Assembly: GCA_036172245.1 (NCBI GenBank)
Contig: JAYWIR010000028.1
Location: 1,674,001-1,738,000, forward strand
Direction: 5' to 3'
Length of the DNA: 64,000 nucleotides
Source: Raillietiella orientalis
Lineage: Eukaryota
Shown here: positions 63,715 to 64,000 of the stretch, piece by piece
Layout: every line of letters begins with the position of its first letter
Numbering within the stretch: the first letter of the stretch is position 1
Notes under the pieces: model-generated
Told to the model about the DNA's origin: nothing
Database searches by the model: none
Seen by the model: the letters and a program-made list of their open reading frames with translations, nothing else
Position numbers and translations under genes: made by a program

Positions 63715-64000
63715 CTTCAAGGTTTGTCTTGGGACGGGCCGTTTTAAAGTCGCTCAGCCTATATCACAAAGTTCGAACTTGTAATCGCCGTATCAAGCGT
63801 GGGGGCTCACGAGGGCATGGGCTGTCCATAACATATACAGCCCTAGTGAAATGGAGGACTGCTTTTTTCCGGGTGCCCTCCTCGGTCTGAACTCTTCGTG
63901 AATCCCAAATTATTCTAGATTTTAACTTTCCATCCGCGTGTGACATGTGCACAAGCATATGGAGTTGCTCAGAAAACAACTGGAAATGCCAGAAATGGTA

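Larger units (their letters stand above)
60400..64000 (+). mobile_element. Degenerate, deletion-compressed BEL/Pao pol running off the window end
   Basis: VDFIG and GPNACSSF (~61080-61260), ATVKAGFLQ (ADI.KAFLQ, ~61985), SIF..PYLTGFLVP...KSIF..KW, LSSENQGGICSTG (NPAD..SRG), ISTFVETEVRL, WESIRKVRRRFW, VDLSSP. Confidence 0.6.

Overview
Eukaryotic, almost certainly invertebrate-animal, transposon-graveyard DNA (the actin remnant has metazoan-invertebrate signatures). I find no intact protein-coding gene, rRNA gene, intact tRNA gene or CRISPR array; nearly all ORFs in the track are chance frames in GC-rich decayed repeats. Reading across frameshifts by eye, the window is a nest of heavily degraded LTR retrotransposons (about seven BEL/Pao pieces and three to four Gypsy pieces, mostly on the minus strand), an R2-like (restriction-like endonuclease clade) non-LTR family with one long copy (~2.2-5.7 kb) and four 5'-truncated relatives sharing a terminal AATAAA plus GC inverted repeat, an RTE-like 3' fragment, a piggyBac-type MITE, and an actin pseudogene split by one of the R2-like copies. 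The most unusual signal is an element with a tRNA-His-like Pol III head followed by several hundred bases of GC hairpins whose stems are conserved while loops vary, in two clear inverted copies (30.66-31.24 kb minus, 54.02-55.07 kb plus) and possibly a third (16.3-17.9 kb). All protein-family calls are motif recognition in degraded sequence without database searches; boundaries are approximate unless stated.
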